The translations under genes and the position numbers were made by a program. The notes beneath the pieces are model-generated. The model saw only the letters and a program-made list of their open reading frames with translations. It was not told the origin of the DNA and ran no database searches. From Bacteroidales bacterium (GTDB lineage Bacteria; Bacteroidota; Bacteroidia; Bacteroidales; GCA-2748055), in contig JAFGWU010000036.1 of assembly GCA_016936975.1 (NCBI GenBank), positions 14,838 to 78,837 on the forward strand: a stretch of 64,000 bases of DNA. The letters are read 5' to 3'. Each line of letters opens with the position of its first letter. Position 1 is the stretch's first letter. Positions 32,574 through 42,483 of the stretch are shown in pieces.

Positions 32574-33266
32574 ATGAGGTATTTCGGAATTATAATTATT
32601 GTAACCTGGGCTATTCTGAATGTCTCCGGACAATCTGACAGTATCCGGATGGTGAAATATAATCCTGATTTCGAGTTTAATGATGGTATCTATGCAAATT
32701 TCAATATGGTTAAGGCCAATAACCCCATCCCCTTCGCGCGAATAGTAACCGATGTTGATCTGTTTGATCCTGACTTTTATGAGAAGGTAACTTCAAATAA
32801 CGAAATAATATACTACGATAACAATGGTGTGAAACAAATACTTAAAACCAGGAATATTTGGGGATATGGGAGAAACGGGGTCCTTTACATTAATATAGGG
32901 GAAACATTCCACAGGATAAGTTATCTGGGTAATATCAGTCATTTCGTGGCCTCTATCACCACCTACAATCCTAATTATTATGATCCTTACGGTTATTACC
33001 CTTACTATTACAATCCTTATTATTACAACAGATATATGACTCCCAGGTCGGGTTATTCAAATACCGAGCTGAAACAGTATCTGATGGATTTTGAAACGGG
33101 GGAAGTTTATGAATATGATATAGAGAGTGTTGAAATTCTGTTGATGAAAGACCCTGAACTTTATAACGAATATGTATCATTGAGAAGGAAAAAGAAAAAT
33201 CAGTTAAAGTTTGTGTACATCAGAAAGTTCAATGAGAAACATCCGATCTATCTGCCCTCAGAATGA
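32574..33266 (+). CDS. Secreted protein of unknown function with a Tyr-rich low-complexity segment
   Basis: The ATG at 32574 gives the signal-like MRYFGIIIIVTWAILNVSGQ. The track ORF starts at an upstream GTG (32550). No recognisable domain. Confidence 0.65.
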   Translation: MRYFGIIIIVTWAILNVSGQSDSIRMVKYNPDFEFNDGIYANFNMVKANNPIPFARIVTDVDLFDPDFYEKVTSNNEIIYYDNNGVKQILKTRNIWGYGRNGVLYINIGETFHRISYLGNISHFVASITTYNPNYYDPYGYYPYYYNPYYYNRYMTPRSGYSNTELKQYLMDFETGEVYEYDIESVEILLMKDPELYNEYVSLRRKKKNQLKFVYIRKFNEKHPIYLPSE

Positions 33267-33313
33267 ATTGGAGATAAATCTTTAATAACCCCCCGCATAA
33301 AACCAGAAAAGAG

Positions 33314-34168
33314 ATGAAAAAACTGCTTATCGTTATTATATTTTCCGTACCATTTATAAATGGATGGGCCCAGCGGGAATATCTTCCGACAAAAGACGAT
33401 CTGGATCATTTTTATAAAACAAAAACCTACATTGTACTCAGCGATAATCCTTTGTCGGAATACAACTTCGAAATTCAGGATGCGGTTAAGAAGTACTGGA
33501 ATATTACAGAATACGAATTCCTGAGATTTAAGGACTTTCCGGAAAAGAGCAAGGATGAAAATGGTTCGTTCCTTTATACTGCAGCGGTAACTTTTGAAAA
33601 GGACAAATCCCATACAAGGTATAATTTTTTGTGTCTTTCCCTCGGAGGGGATTACCCTTCTCTTGACGAAATGAAGGACATTGCCAACCTGCCCCTCAGC
33701 TATTACGGAGTGGATGAAGATTCCTACACCTATAAACTGGGTACCTTTATTATTTTTCTGCAGGATCATATCAGGTTGATTACGGAGAACCCCGGTATGA
33801 TTTCCCAGAATATATATAAACATTATAATGATAATATGGCCAATCTCAGCGGGAAGACCCTGTACTTTGTTGAAGAGGAATTGGAAAGAGAAGTTTCTGA
33901 TGAATTTAAGATTAAACAGGTATACTCAGGGGATGTAAAAATTGTCGGGAAGGAGGAGATTAAAGATATTATCATGAGTGGTGATAAAAATGCTGTTTTT
34001 CTCCATAAGGTTGGTCCCGAAGGAAAAAAACTTGATGCACGGGTATATAAAATTCTGGTCGGGGCAGGCGATTCAAAGTTTTACTATTTTGATTTTCACA
34101 AACTGTCCGGTAAAAGTCCGGATGCTTTCCTTGATACAGATTTTAAAGCTTTGATGAAAGCACAATAA
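33314..34168 (+). CDS. Secreted protein of unknown function
   Basis: 284 aa with signal peptide MKKLLIVIIFSVPFINGWAQ. Coding-like composition, no recognisable domain. Confidence 0.65.
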   Translation: MKKLLIVIIFSVPFINGWAQREYLPTKDDLDHFYKTKTYIVLSDNPLSEYNFEIQDAVKKYWNITEYEFLRFKDFPEKSKDENGSFLYTAAVTFEKDKSHTRYNFLCLSLGGDYPSLDEMKDIANLPLSYYGVDEDSYTYKLGTFIIFLQDHIRLITENPGMISQNIYKHYNDNMANLSGKTLYFVEEELEREVSDEFKIKQVYSGDVKIVGKEEIKDIIMSGDKNAVFLHKVGPEGKKLDARVYKILVGAGDSKFYYFDFHKLSGKSPDAFLDTDFKALMKAQ

Positions 34169-34183
34169 ACGAATTCTCCCGCG

Positions 34184-35545
34184 ATGCAAAAACCATCCAT
34201 TCCCAAAGGCACCAGAGATTTTTCTCCTTCAGAAATGTCCGGGAGAAATTATATTTTCGATACGATAAAAGAGGTTTTTCACTCATTTGGTTATTTGCCC
34301 ATTGAAACACCGGCGATGGAAAACCTTGCAACGTTGCTGGGAAAATATGGTGAGGAGGGAGATAAATTATTGTTTAAGATCCTGAATTCAGGGGATTTTA
34401 AGAATAACCTTTCAGAACGGGATCTTCTGGAATCCAATTCACCTGCTCTCGGCTCAAAAATTTCAGAAAAAGGACTCAGGTACGATCTGACGGTGCCATT
34501 TGCCCGGTACGTGGTGCAGCACAGGAATGAAATTACTTTTCCCTTTAAGAGATATCAGATACAACCTGTCTGGAGAGCGGATCGACCCCAGAAGGGACGA
34601 TATCGTGAATTTTTTCAGTGTGACGTGGATGTGATTGGGAGCAATTCATTGCTGAATGAACATGAACTGGTTAAAATAATTGATAATGTTTTCAGCAGGC
34701 TCGGGATGGATACTGTAATCAGGTTCAATAATCGCAAAATCCTTTTTGGTATCATTGAGACGCTGGGTGAAGGCGGGAGAATGACAGAAATCACAACGGC
34801 TATTGACAAGCTCGAAAAAATTGGTTATGAAGGGGTGTTAAAAGAGTTGTCTGAAAGAGGATTGCAGGAGCATACAGTTGACCGTATAAAACCAATATTG
34901 AAGTTTGAAGGAGATAATACCGGAAAACTAAACTATCTGGATGAATTTTTGAAATCTTCGGAAACCGGACAGGCGGGACTTATAGAAATCAAACAGCTTG
35001 TTAACTATCTTGAAAAAGATCCTGTCACTGCGGATATAGAGTTTGACATTACTCTGGCAAGAGGACTGAATTATTATACAGGAGCAATTTTTGAAGTTAA
35101 ATCAAAAAAGATCGATATAGGGAGCATCTGTGGTGGAGGACGGTATGACGATCTTACCGGCATATTTGGTCTCGAAGATGTATCGGGAGTTGGTGTCTCT
35201 TTCGGTGCAGACCGAATTTACGATATAATGCTTCAATTGAATCTGTTTCCACCGGGAAGTGAAGCGTCCTCAAAAATCATGTTTGTAAATTTCGGAGAAA
35301 CCTATCTTTCGCCGGTTTTTAAATATCTGAATCAGTTACGAAGCCAAAATATATCCTCGGAATTATATCCTGATGCTGTTAAAATAAAGAAGCAACTTTC
35401 CTATGCCAATAGCAAAAATATACCTTATGTGGGGATGGTCGGAGAAGATGAGATCAAGGAGGGCCTTATAACCTTGAAAGATATGAAAACCGGGGAGCAG
35501 GAATCATTAAATTTCGCGAAGCTGGCTGAACGTTTGACACGATAA
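34184..35545 (+). CDS. hisS: Histidine--tRNA ligase
   Basis: Class II aaRS/HisRS motifs (GTRDF.P, YQIQPVWRADRPQKGRYREFFQCD, GGGRYD.L), 453 aa. Confidence 0.95.
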   Translation: MQKPSIPKGTRDFSPSEMSGRNYIFDTIKEVFHSFGYLPIETPAMENLATLLGKYGEEGDKLLFKILNSGDFKNNLSERDLLESNSPALGSKISEKGLRYDLTVPFARYVVQHRNEITFPFKRYQIQPVWRADRPQKGRYREFFQCDVDVIGSNSLLNEHELVKIIDNVFSRLGMDTVIRFNNRKILFGIIETLGEGGRMTEITTAIDKLEKIGYEGVLKELSERGLQEHTVDRIKPILKFEGDNTGKLNYLDEFLKSSETGQAGLIEIKQLVNYLEKDPVTADIEFDITLARGLNYYTGAIFEVKSKKIDIGSICGGGRYDDLTGIFGLEDVSGVGVSFGADRIYDIMLQLNLFPPGSEASSKIMFVNFGETYLSPVFKYLNQLRSQNISSELYPDAVKIKKQLSYANSKNIPYVGMVGEDEIKEGLITLKDMKTGEQESLNFAKLAERLTR

Positions 35546-35562
35546 ATTCTTTATACCGGATT

Positions 35563-37071
35563 ATGAAGCAGGTCCATTTCATCTCTTCGGAGACTATTGA
35601 CTGGAAGAAAATCAAGGCAATTTTAAAAAACAGACTGCATTTACAGCTTTCAGATGAGGCAACAATAAAGATCCAGCGTTGCAGGAAATATCTGGATGAA
35701 CGACTCAATAAAGGGGAGGAGATGCTGTATGGAATAAATACAGGTTTCGGGTCGCTCCAGAACAAGATTATTTCGAAAAAGGACCTTGGATTATTGCAGA
35801 AAAACCTTGTAATGTCCCATGCATGCGGAATCGGAGATGAGGTTCCTCCCGAGGTCATTAAATTGATGCTGTTGCTGAAGATTCAATCTTTGTCATACGG
35901 AAATTCAGGAGTCCAGGTAGTAACTGTTCAGCGATTGATTGATTTTTATAATCATGATATCATTCCGGTTGTTTATACATATGGATCCCTGGGGGCATCG
36001 GGTGACCTGGCACCACTTGCCCATATGAGTCTTCCCCTGATTGGATTGGGGGATGTTTATTATAAAGGAATAAGGAGGAAAACCGGGGAACTGTATCAGG
36101 AACTGGGCTGGGAACCCATTGAGTTGAAATCCAAGGAGGGATTGGCCCTTTTAAATGGAACACAATTCATGAGCGCTTACGGTGTGTATATGTGTCTGCA
36201 GGTTTTCAGGCTTTCCAGCCTGGCAGACGTGATTGGGGCTCTGTCTCTGGATGCTTTTGATGGTCGGATCGAGCCATTTCATGACCTTATACAAAAAATA
36301 CGTCCTCATAAGGGACAAATAAAAACGGCTGAAAGGATCAGGTGGTTACTCAATGGGAGTGAACTTATCTCCAGGCCGAAGGAACATATTCAGGATCCAT
36401 ATTCCTTCCGGTGCATTCCACAGGTTCACGGAGCCTCAAAGGATTCCATCGATTATGTGGCATATGTATTTCAGAATGAAATAAATTCGGTAACCGATAA
36501 TCCAACCATTTTTCCGGAAGAGGAGATGATAATCTCGGCAGGGAATTTTCACGGTCAGCCTCTTGCACTTGCACTGGATAATCTCGCTATCGCCATGTCG
36601 GAACTTGGTAATATTTCTGAGCGGAGAATTTATCAGTTATTGAGTGGAGCCAGGGGGCTTCCTCCATTTTTGGTAGCCAGTCCGGGATTAAATTCCGGAT
36701 TTATGATACCCCAATATACTGCAGCTTCAATGGTCAGCCACAATAAGCAGATGTGTACCCCTTCTTCGGTCGATTCCATAGAGTCTTCACAGGGACAGGA
36801 GGATCATGTAAGCATGGGGGCCAATGCTGCCATAAAAGCCTATAAGGTTATGCTGAACCTCGAAAGGATTCTGGCTATTGAACTTTACAATGCGGCCCAG
36901 GCCCTGGATTTCAGGAGGCCTTTCAGATCATCTCCATTCCTTGAGAATTTCTTTGAGGAATACAGGAAAAAAGTATCCTTTATTACAGATGATAAGGTGA
37001 TGTATTCAGATATTAATCAGACGATACAATTCCTGAGAGACTCAGAAACTCTGCTGCCGGAAGATTTTTGA
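35563..37071 (+). CDS. hutH: Histidine ammonia-lyase
   Basis: MIO-forming GSLGASGDLAPLAH, and NLVMSHACG carrying the Ser-His selectivity dyad typical of HAL. 502 aa. Confidence 0.9.
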   Translation: MKQVHFISSETIDWKKIKAILKNRLHLQLSDEATIKIQRCRKYLDERLNKGEEMLYGINTGFGSLQNKIISKKDLGLLQKNLVMSHACGIGDEVPPEVIKLMLLLKIQSLSYGNSGVQVVTVQRLIDFYNHDIIPVVYTYGSLGASGDLAPLAHMSLPLIGLGDVYYKGIRRKTGELYQELGWEPIELKSKEGLALLNGTQFMSAYGVYMCLQVFRLSSLADVIGALSLDAFDGRIEPFHDLIQKIRPHKGQIKTAERIRWLLNGSELISRPKEHIQDPYSFRCIPQVHGASKDSIDYVAYVFQNEINSVTDNPTIFPEEEMIISAGNFHGQPLALALDNLAIAMSELGNISERRIYQLLSGARGLPPFLVASPGLNSGFMIPQYTAASMVSHNKQMCTPSSVDSIESSQGQEDHVSMGANAAIKAYKVMLNLERILAIELYNAAQALDFRRPFRSSPFLENFFEEYRKKVSFITDDKVMYSDINQTIQFLRDSETLLPEDF

Positions 37072-37084
37072 TAACCGGACTTTA

Positions 37085-37603
37085 TCAGGGTTTATCTGCA
37101 GACTGGTTCATTTCATCCGGACCGCCCCTTTTCATCCTGCCCTCCGGGCTTTGCCCATGGTGCCGTATTTGTCGGATCAGGTGCATTCTGAACTGTCGAT
37201 CCGCAACATAAAGCATCATTACCTTTTTTGGAGGCAGTATTTTCTTGAATTCATTATGGTAATCCCTTTCCAGCTGATTCTTTCTTTCGTTTATTTCCAA
37301 ATACTTTGTTAACAGTTCATCTATCTCTTCTGCACTGATATTTTCCGAATTCCGGTTAAAATACCAGAGCAGATTTTTTTCTTCCTCCATGATCCTCATC
37401 TTACGATTGTTAAAATCATTGTAAATCGGCCAGAATTTTTCTGCTTCCTTCTCTGTCAACTGCAGTTCCTGGTTAAAGAATGCAATCTGTTCCTCCTCAA
37501 ATCGTTTCTTCTGTTCCTCAGTCTGGGCAGAGAGAAAAGGAGCGCAGAAGATTGCCGTGAGCAGGGCGAAAAAATAAAATTGTCTTTTCTTAAATTGGTT
37601 CAT
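37085..37603 (-). CDS. Periplasmic helical protein, Spy/CpxP-like (tentative)
   Basis: 172 aa with a signal peptide, E/K/Q-rich helical repeats and a basic tail. Last gene of the ECF sigma cluster. Confidence 0.5.
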   Translation of the reverse strand: MNQFKKRQFYFFALLTAIFCAPFLSAQTEEQKKRFEEEQIAFFNQELQLTEKEAEKFWPIYNDFNNRKMRIMEEEKNLLWYFNRNSENISAEEIDELLTKYLEINERKNQLERDYHNEFKKILPPKKVMMLYVADRQFRMHLIRQIRHHGQSPEGRMKRGGPDEMNQSADKP

Positions 37604-37614
37604 TTTGACAGTAT

Positions 37615-38055
37615 TTAATATTGTTCTAATAATAAATCGATTTCAACATCACTGTTTGCCAGATATTCGACGGCTGCATTTATCCAGATATCTGTTTCGG
37701 AAAGTCCCTCCTCACCGGCAGGTAAAAGATCCATGATATAAGCATCGTCAGGAATGGCATTCATTTCATCCAGTATTGCGATATCAAAGTACCCGTTCTC
37801 TTCAGTTTGTTGAGGAACCAGTGTTCTCACGACAACATAACTGAAAAATGCAAAACCAATTAACGATGCAGCCAATGCAATTTGTGAACGAATAGAAAAC
37901 CGCAAATCTCTTGATCGGGGTGTTTGATTTTTTTCTGATTCTATTTTGCTGAGGATACGCTCGGGCAAATTCTCAAAATATTTTTCAGGAACAGTAAAAG
38001 GATTCTTTTTCAGAAGAATTTTATCCCTCAGCAGGTCTGTTTTTTTTTCCTTCAT
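37615..38055 (-). CDS. Putative single-pass anti-sigma factor
   Basis: 146 aa with one central transmembrane segment (IALAASLIGFAFFSYVVV). Lies 44 nt downstream of the ECF sigma gene. No zinc-binding anti-sigma motif seen. Confidence 0.55.
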   Translation of the reverse strand: MKEKKTDLLRDKILLKKNPFTVPEKYFENLPERILSKIESEKNQTPRSRDLRFSIRSQIALAASLIGFAFFSYVVVRTLVPQQTEENGYFDIAILDEMNAIPDDAYIMDLLPAGEEGLSETDIWINAAVEYLANSDVEIDLLLEQY

Positions 38056-38099
38056 ATTGCGATGATTCTGAAAATAAGACTCTTTTTATATGAAATGGT

Positions 38100-38648
38100 T
38101 TAATCGTCATTCATGTAGGCTTCAATCTTTTTGACAGCATGATGATAGGATGCTTTCAATGCTCCTACGGATGTTTTCAGTATTTCCGCCATCTCTTCAT
38201 ATTTCATTTCCTCAAAATATTTCAGATTGAATACTACCTTTTGCTTTTCAGGCAGTCGTTGAATAGCCATCTGGAGTTTTCTCTGAATTTCGTCCCCATT
38301 GAAATATACATCGGATTCCAGGTTCTGACCATATTGGATCCAGCCGTCATCCGTTGGCAGGTATGGCTTTCTTTTTCTCATTTTCAGGAATGTCAGGGCC
38401 TCATTTGTGGCTATCCTATAAAGCCATGTGTATAGTTTTGCCTCTTCCCTGAAATCATGCAGGCTTCTCCAGATTTTGATAAATGTATTCTGAAGCACAT
38501 CATCGGTATCTTCGTGGTTAATGAGGATCTTCCTGATATGCCAGTATAAGCGCTCCTGGTATTTTTGAACCAGTTTATTAAAAGCTGATTCCTGCCGTTC
38601 AGAAGTTTTGAACTCCTGAATTATATCCATGTCATCCAGATCCGGCAT
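38100..38648 (-). CDS. RNA polymerase sigma-70 factor, ECF subfamily
   Basis: 182 aa with region 2 (DDVLQNTFIKIW...WLYRIATNEA) and region 4 (VF.LKYFEEMKYEEMAEIL..SVGALKASYHHAVKK). Confidence 0.9.
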   Translation of the reverse strand: MPDLDDMDIIQEFKTSERQESAFNKLVQKYQERLYWHIRKILINHEDTDDVLQNTFIKIWRSLHDFREEAKLYTWLYRIATNEALTFLKMRKRKPYLPTDDGWIQYGQNLESDVYFNGDEIQRKLQMAIQRLPEKQKVVFNLKYFEEMKYEEMAEILKTSVGALKASYHHAVKKIEAYMNDD

Positions 38649-38711
38649 CTTCAGAATTTATTTGGTGGTTTGATTGTACCGCTTCCAAAAGGTTTAAATC
38701 GGGGGACATAT

Positions 38712-40109
38712 TCAATAAAAGGCAATGGTTTCAGAATCACCCGATTTGACTTCAAAGTCCCTGACGATGGTAAATGATGTTGATTTCAGGTCGCCTCTCC
38801 GGTAGATCACCCTGTATGAACCGGGTAGCAGGTAAACCTTCTGTGAGTTTATACCTTCCCTCAGATTTAATACCCAGAGCTGGTCTTCTTCTTTTGTAAG
38901 CTGATAAAGAGAACCGAAACCAGGTTGATTGGAGGAAAATATAATCAGACCTGGTTCAGGAATCTCAACAGTAGTCGTATAGCTTTGTTTTATCGTAACC
39001 TGTTCCAGATGAATTATGGGATACACAGGAATCTCCAGGTCATAGTTTCCCACGATGTAGCGTTCGGAGGTTCCCATCTGCTGAACATTCAGGGTTTTAT
39101 GCTCTCCGGACTTTCGAACCAGTATCTTCTCATTATCATAAGCCCTGCCTCTGGAAGTTTTAATATGCAGATATCCCTGGGGAGCATCCATCCCTATAAT
39201 ATTATGTCTGCCTGCAGTCAGAACTACACTGTCTTTTAAAACCGGCGGTATCGTTTGGGCAACAATCCTGTAGGTGCTCATATGGTCGAGGGACAGAGTA
39301 TCCGGATTCCCTTTGTGATTCAGGGTGTGAATCATATTATACCGGATCTTGCCTGATAACTGATCATAAAAGACAATATTTACATCCGATTCTTTGGGCG
39401 CTTTGCGGGAGTCCAGAAGGTTTACCTGTGAGCTTGTCTCATTAAGAGCCTGGCTGATAATAACTTTGAGAGCCTCTTTAAATTCCTTTTTATTGGGGGT
39501 ATTATAATATTCACCGATACAATTGAATGTTTCGCGAAATCCCATATCCGTTCCAATGCCAATTACGAAAGGTCTTAGAATTATGCCCTTTTTCTGCAAA
39601 GCAAGAGATACTGCGCAGGGATCCCCGTCACAGGCTTCGATTCCATCGGTGATTAAAATAATGATATTTCTGCATCTGTCACACGGAGGGAAGTCACCCT
39701 GGGCAAGTTCCAGTGAGTGGGCAATAGGGGTTGTCCCCCTTGGTGTAATAAAACGTAGCTTCTGCCTGATCCGGGTTGCATTTCCGGGTCCAAAAGGAAC
39801 CTCGAGTTTGGTATCGTTGCAATCCTGTGGGGGCACCGGGCTTTGATGACCATATACCCTGAGTGCCAGTTCGACGTTCTCCATGTTTTCCAGGCTATCA
39901 ACCATTTCAATCAGGATGCGTCGTGCAATATCAATCTTCACTTCACCATCCCATTGACCTGCCATGCTGTTAGAGGCATCAAAAATGAACAGGATCCGTG
40001 TTGTAGGAATATAGCCTGTTTGATACTCCTGGGCATTTAAATAAAATGGCAGAAATAAGAAAAAACAGGCAAAGAGCATAAATATTCTGCTAAGGCTCAG
40101 TCTTTTCAT
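38712..40109 (-). CDS. Secreted von Willebrand factor A domain protein
   Basis: Signal peptide, MIDAS motif DASNSMAG, a later ITDGIE, and a beta-rich C-terminal half of about 230 aa with no recognised domain. Confidence 0.85.
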   Translation of the reverse strand: MKRLSLSRIFMLFACFFLFLPFYLNAQEYQTGYIPTTRILFIFDASNSMAGQWDGEVKIDIARRILIEMVDSLENMENVELALRVYGHQSPVPPQDCNDTKLEVPFGPGNATRIRQKLRFITPRGTTPIAHSLELAQGDFPPCDRCRNIIILITDGIEACDGDPCAVSLALQKKGIILRPFVIGIGTDMGFRETFNCIGEYYNTPNKKEFKEALKVIISQALNETSSQVNLLDSRKAPKESDVNIVFYDQLSGKIRYNMIHTLNHKGNPDTLSLDHMSTYRIVAQTIPPVLKDSVVLTAGRHNIIGMDAPQGYLHIKTSRGRAYDNEKILVRKSGEHKTLNVQQMGTSERYIVGNYDLEIPVYPIIHLEQVTIKQSYTTTVEIPEPGLIIFSSNQPGFGSLYQLTKEEDQLWVLNLREGINSQKVYLLPGSYRVIYRRGDLKSTSFTIVRDFEVKSGDSETIAFY

Positions 40110-40233
40110 CGTATTGAGGGTATCTGTTTTTTTTAAAAATACGAAAATCGTACCAACATTATTGTGATACTTACAAACAGAGCCTGCTCATGGGGAAGCC
40201 CGTGAGAAAAAGGATTTTATTGCCTCAGTATGA

Positions 40234-42279
40234 TTATCTGTATGAGTCGAGGTAGTCGACAACCTGCCGGTAAACATTCTCTCCGGTAAATCCCAGCTTT
40301 TCATCCAGTACCTTATAAGGAGCGGAATACCCGAACGTTTCAAGTCCAAATACTTTTCCCTTCAGACCAACGAGTCCCTGAAGAGTTACCGGAAGACCGG
40401 CGGTCAGGCCAAATACCGGCTTGTTATCCGGAATAATCCGTTTCTGATAATCCTCTTCCTGATCACGGAACAATCCTTCAGAAATTACAGAAACAACCTG
40501 CACTCTTAGCTTGTCTCTTTTTTCAAGAAGAGCGGCTCCTTCGAGGAGGGTTGATACTTCGGAACCGGATGCTACCAGAACAACATCGGGTTGAGAACCG
40601 GCTTCATGAACTATATAAGCTCCTTTTAAGGCGTTCAGGGCATCGGCATACCTTGTTGATCCATTTCTGGCCGGGATATCCGGGATGCCCTGTCTGGATA
40701 AAATCAGTGCAGTAGGAGATGTGGTATTTTCCAGTGCCATTTTCCAGGCGACATTGGTTTCAAAGGCATCTGCCGGTCTGAGAACCAGCATCGATCTTTT
40801 CCCATGGTGGTTTCGCAGATGTTCCATCAGACGAATCTGGGCCTCCTGTTCAACAGGTTGATGGGTAGGACCATCTTCGCCGACCCGGAAGGCATCGTGT
40901 GTCCAGATATATTTTACGGGAAGTTGCATCAAAGCAGCCAGTCTGACGGCCGGCTTCATGTAGTCGCTGAAGACAAAAAACGTTCCGATAGCAGGAATGA
41001 CGCCTCCGTGCAATGCCATTCCGTTTGCAATGGCTGCCATGGTTAATTCACTGACTCCGGCCTGGAGGAAGGAACCCGAGAAGTCCCCTTTTGTGAAAGG
41101 TTTGGTTTTCTTGAGGTAGGCGTCTGTTTTATCACTGTTTGAAAGATCTGCCGATCCCACAATAAGGTTCTCAATTTTGTCTGAAAGATGAGCCAGGACG
41201 GTACCGGAGGCACCCCGGGTAGGCGCATTCTCCTTCTGGGCAATTGCAGAAAAGTCGATATCCGGCAATCTTCCTTCGATAAAGGAATGATACTTCTCAG
41301 CCAGTTCCGGATTTTCTTTTTCCCATTTATTTTGCAATGCTCTTTTTTCGGCCACTTCTCTCCTTTTCTTTTCAAGTACCTTCAGGTAAGTATCCCTTAC
41401 CTCGGGAAAGATGGCAAAGGGATTTTTCGGGTCTCCTCCAAGATTCAACACACTTTTTTCAAATGATGCACCTGCCTCTGAAAGCGGCATCCCATGCGTG
41501 GAGGTCTGACGTTCAAAATTCTCATCCGATTCGGTTAATGCTCCTTTTCCCATGATGGTTTTGCCTATAATCAGGGTCGGTTTTTCCTTTTCCGAGATGG
41601 CCTGATTCAGCGCATCATATATATCCAGTGAGTCATTGCCGTCAATCGTAATGACCTGCCATCCCCAGGATTCATATTTTTTGGCAGTGTCTTCTTTTGT
41701 GACAATTTCTGTTTTTGTAGATAATTGGATATCATTGGAATCATAAAACATGATCAGGTTGTGAAGGCCCAGGTAACCGGCAATCCTTCCCGCCCCCTGT
41801 GATATTTCTTCCTGGACACCCCCGTCTGAAATAAAGGTGAAAATTTTATGAGACATCCATTCGCCAAACCTGGCTGCCAGGAATCGTTCGGCAATGGCCG
41901 CGCCAACTGCCATTGTATGGCCCTGTCCAAGTGGACCGGACGTGTTTTCAATGCCTTTCTTAACATCCAGTTCCGGATGTCCCGGGGTAGGACTGTTCCA
42001 TTGCCTGAAGTTCTTTATTTCGTCGATGGAGAAATGACCTGTAAGAGTCAGCATCGAGTATAGCATGGGAGACATGTGTCCCGGGTCAAGGAAAAACCGG
42101 TCGCGAAGCGGCCACGCCATATCGTCGGGATCAAAATTCAGGAACGTGGAATATAGCATTTCAATAAAATCGGCTCCGCCCATGGCACCCCCGGGATGAC
42201 CCGACCGGGCTTTCTCAACCATGGCAACAGAAAGAATTCGAATATTATCGGCAGCTCTGGTGTGAATGTTCTTGTCCAT
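40234..42279 (-). CDS. tkt: Transketolase
   Basis: Start trimmed to MDKNIHTRAADNIRILSVAMVEKARSGHPGGAMG. The 72 extra N-terminal codons in the track ORF look non-coding. GDG and TPP-binding motifs present. Confidence 0.95.
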   Translation of the reverse strand: MDKNIHTRAADNIRILSVAMVEKARSGHPGGAMGGADFIEMLYSTFLNFDPDDMAWPLRDRFFLDPGHMSPMLYSMLTLTGHFSIDEIKNFRQWNSPTPGHPELDVKKGIENTSGPLGQGHTMAVGAAIAERFLAARFGEWMSHKIFTFISDGGVQEEISQGAGRIAGYLGLHNLIMFYDSNDIQLSTKTEIVTKEDTAKKYESWGWQVITIDGNDSLDIYDALNQAISEKEKPTLIIGKTIMGKGALTESDENFERQTSTHGMPLSEAGASFEKSVLNLGGDPKNPFAIFPEVRDTYLKVLEKKRREVAEKRALQNKWEKENPELAEKYHSFIEGRLPDIDFSAIAQKENAPTRGASGTVLAHLSDKIENLIVGSADLSNSDKTDAYLKKTKPFTKGDFSGSFLQAGVSELTMAAIANGMALHGGVIPAIGTFFVFSDYMKPAVRLAALMQLPVKYIWTHDAFRVGEDGPTHQPVEQEAQIRLMEHLRNHHGKRSMLVLRPADAFETNVAWKMALENTTSPTALILSRQGIPDIPARNGSTRYADALNALKGAYIVHEAGSQPDVVLVASGSEVSTLLEGAALLEKRDKLRVQVVSVISEGLFRDQEEDYQKRIIPDNKPVFGLTAGLPVTLQGLVGLKGKVFGLETFGYSAPYKVLDEKLGFTGENVYRQVVDYLDSYR

Positions 42280-42455
42280 TTTGCATAAATTGAAAATGAT
42301 TAATATTGATTGATCGAAAGGATAAAAATACCTAATTCCCCCCAACGCGCAAAATATTATTTGAGGGCAGGAGTTTCCGTGAATTGCCATCATGGGCATA
42401 CCTTTAACTGGAAAGAAGCCGGTTTCCCGACTGTAGCAACTTAAGGTTATATTCG

Positions 42456-42463
42456 TAAATTTG
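42456..42463 (+). promoter_or_regulatory. Candidate -7 box (TAaaTTTG) for ychF
   Basis: Exact TAnnTTTG match, ending 20 nt before the ATG at 42484. Confidence 0.4.
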
Positions 42464-42483
42464 CATGAAAACATTAATATGTT

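Noticed and set aside
33248-33823. 191-aa minus-strand ORF
   Set aside because: It is antisense to the signal-peptide-bearing plus-strand ORF 33314-34168. The plus-strand reading is longer and has a proper N-terminal signal, and the plus-strand neighbours run in the same direction.
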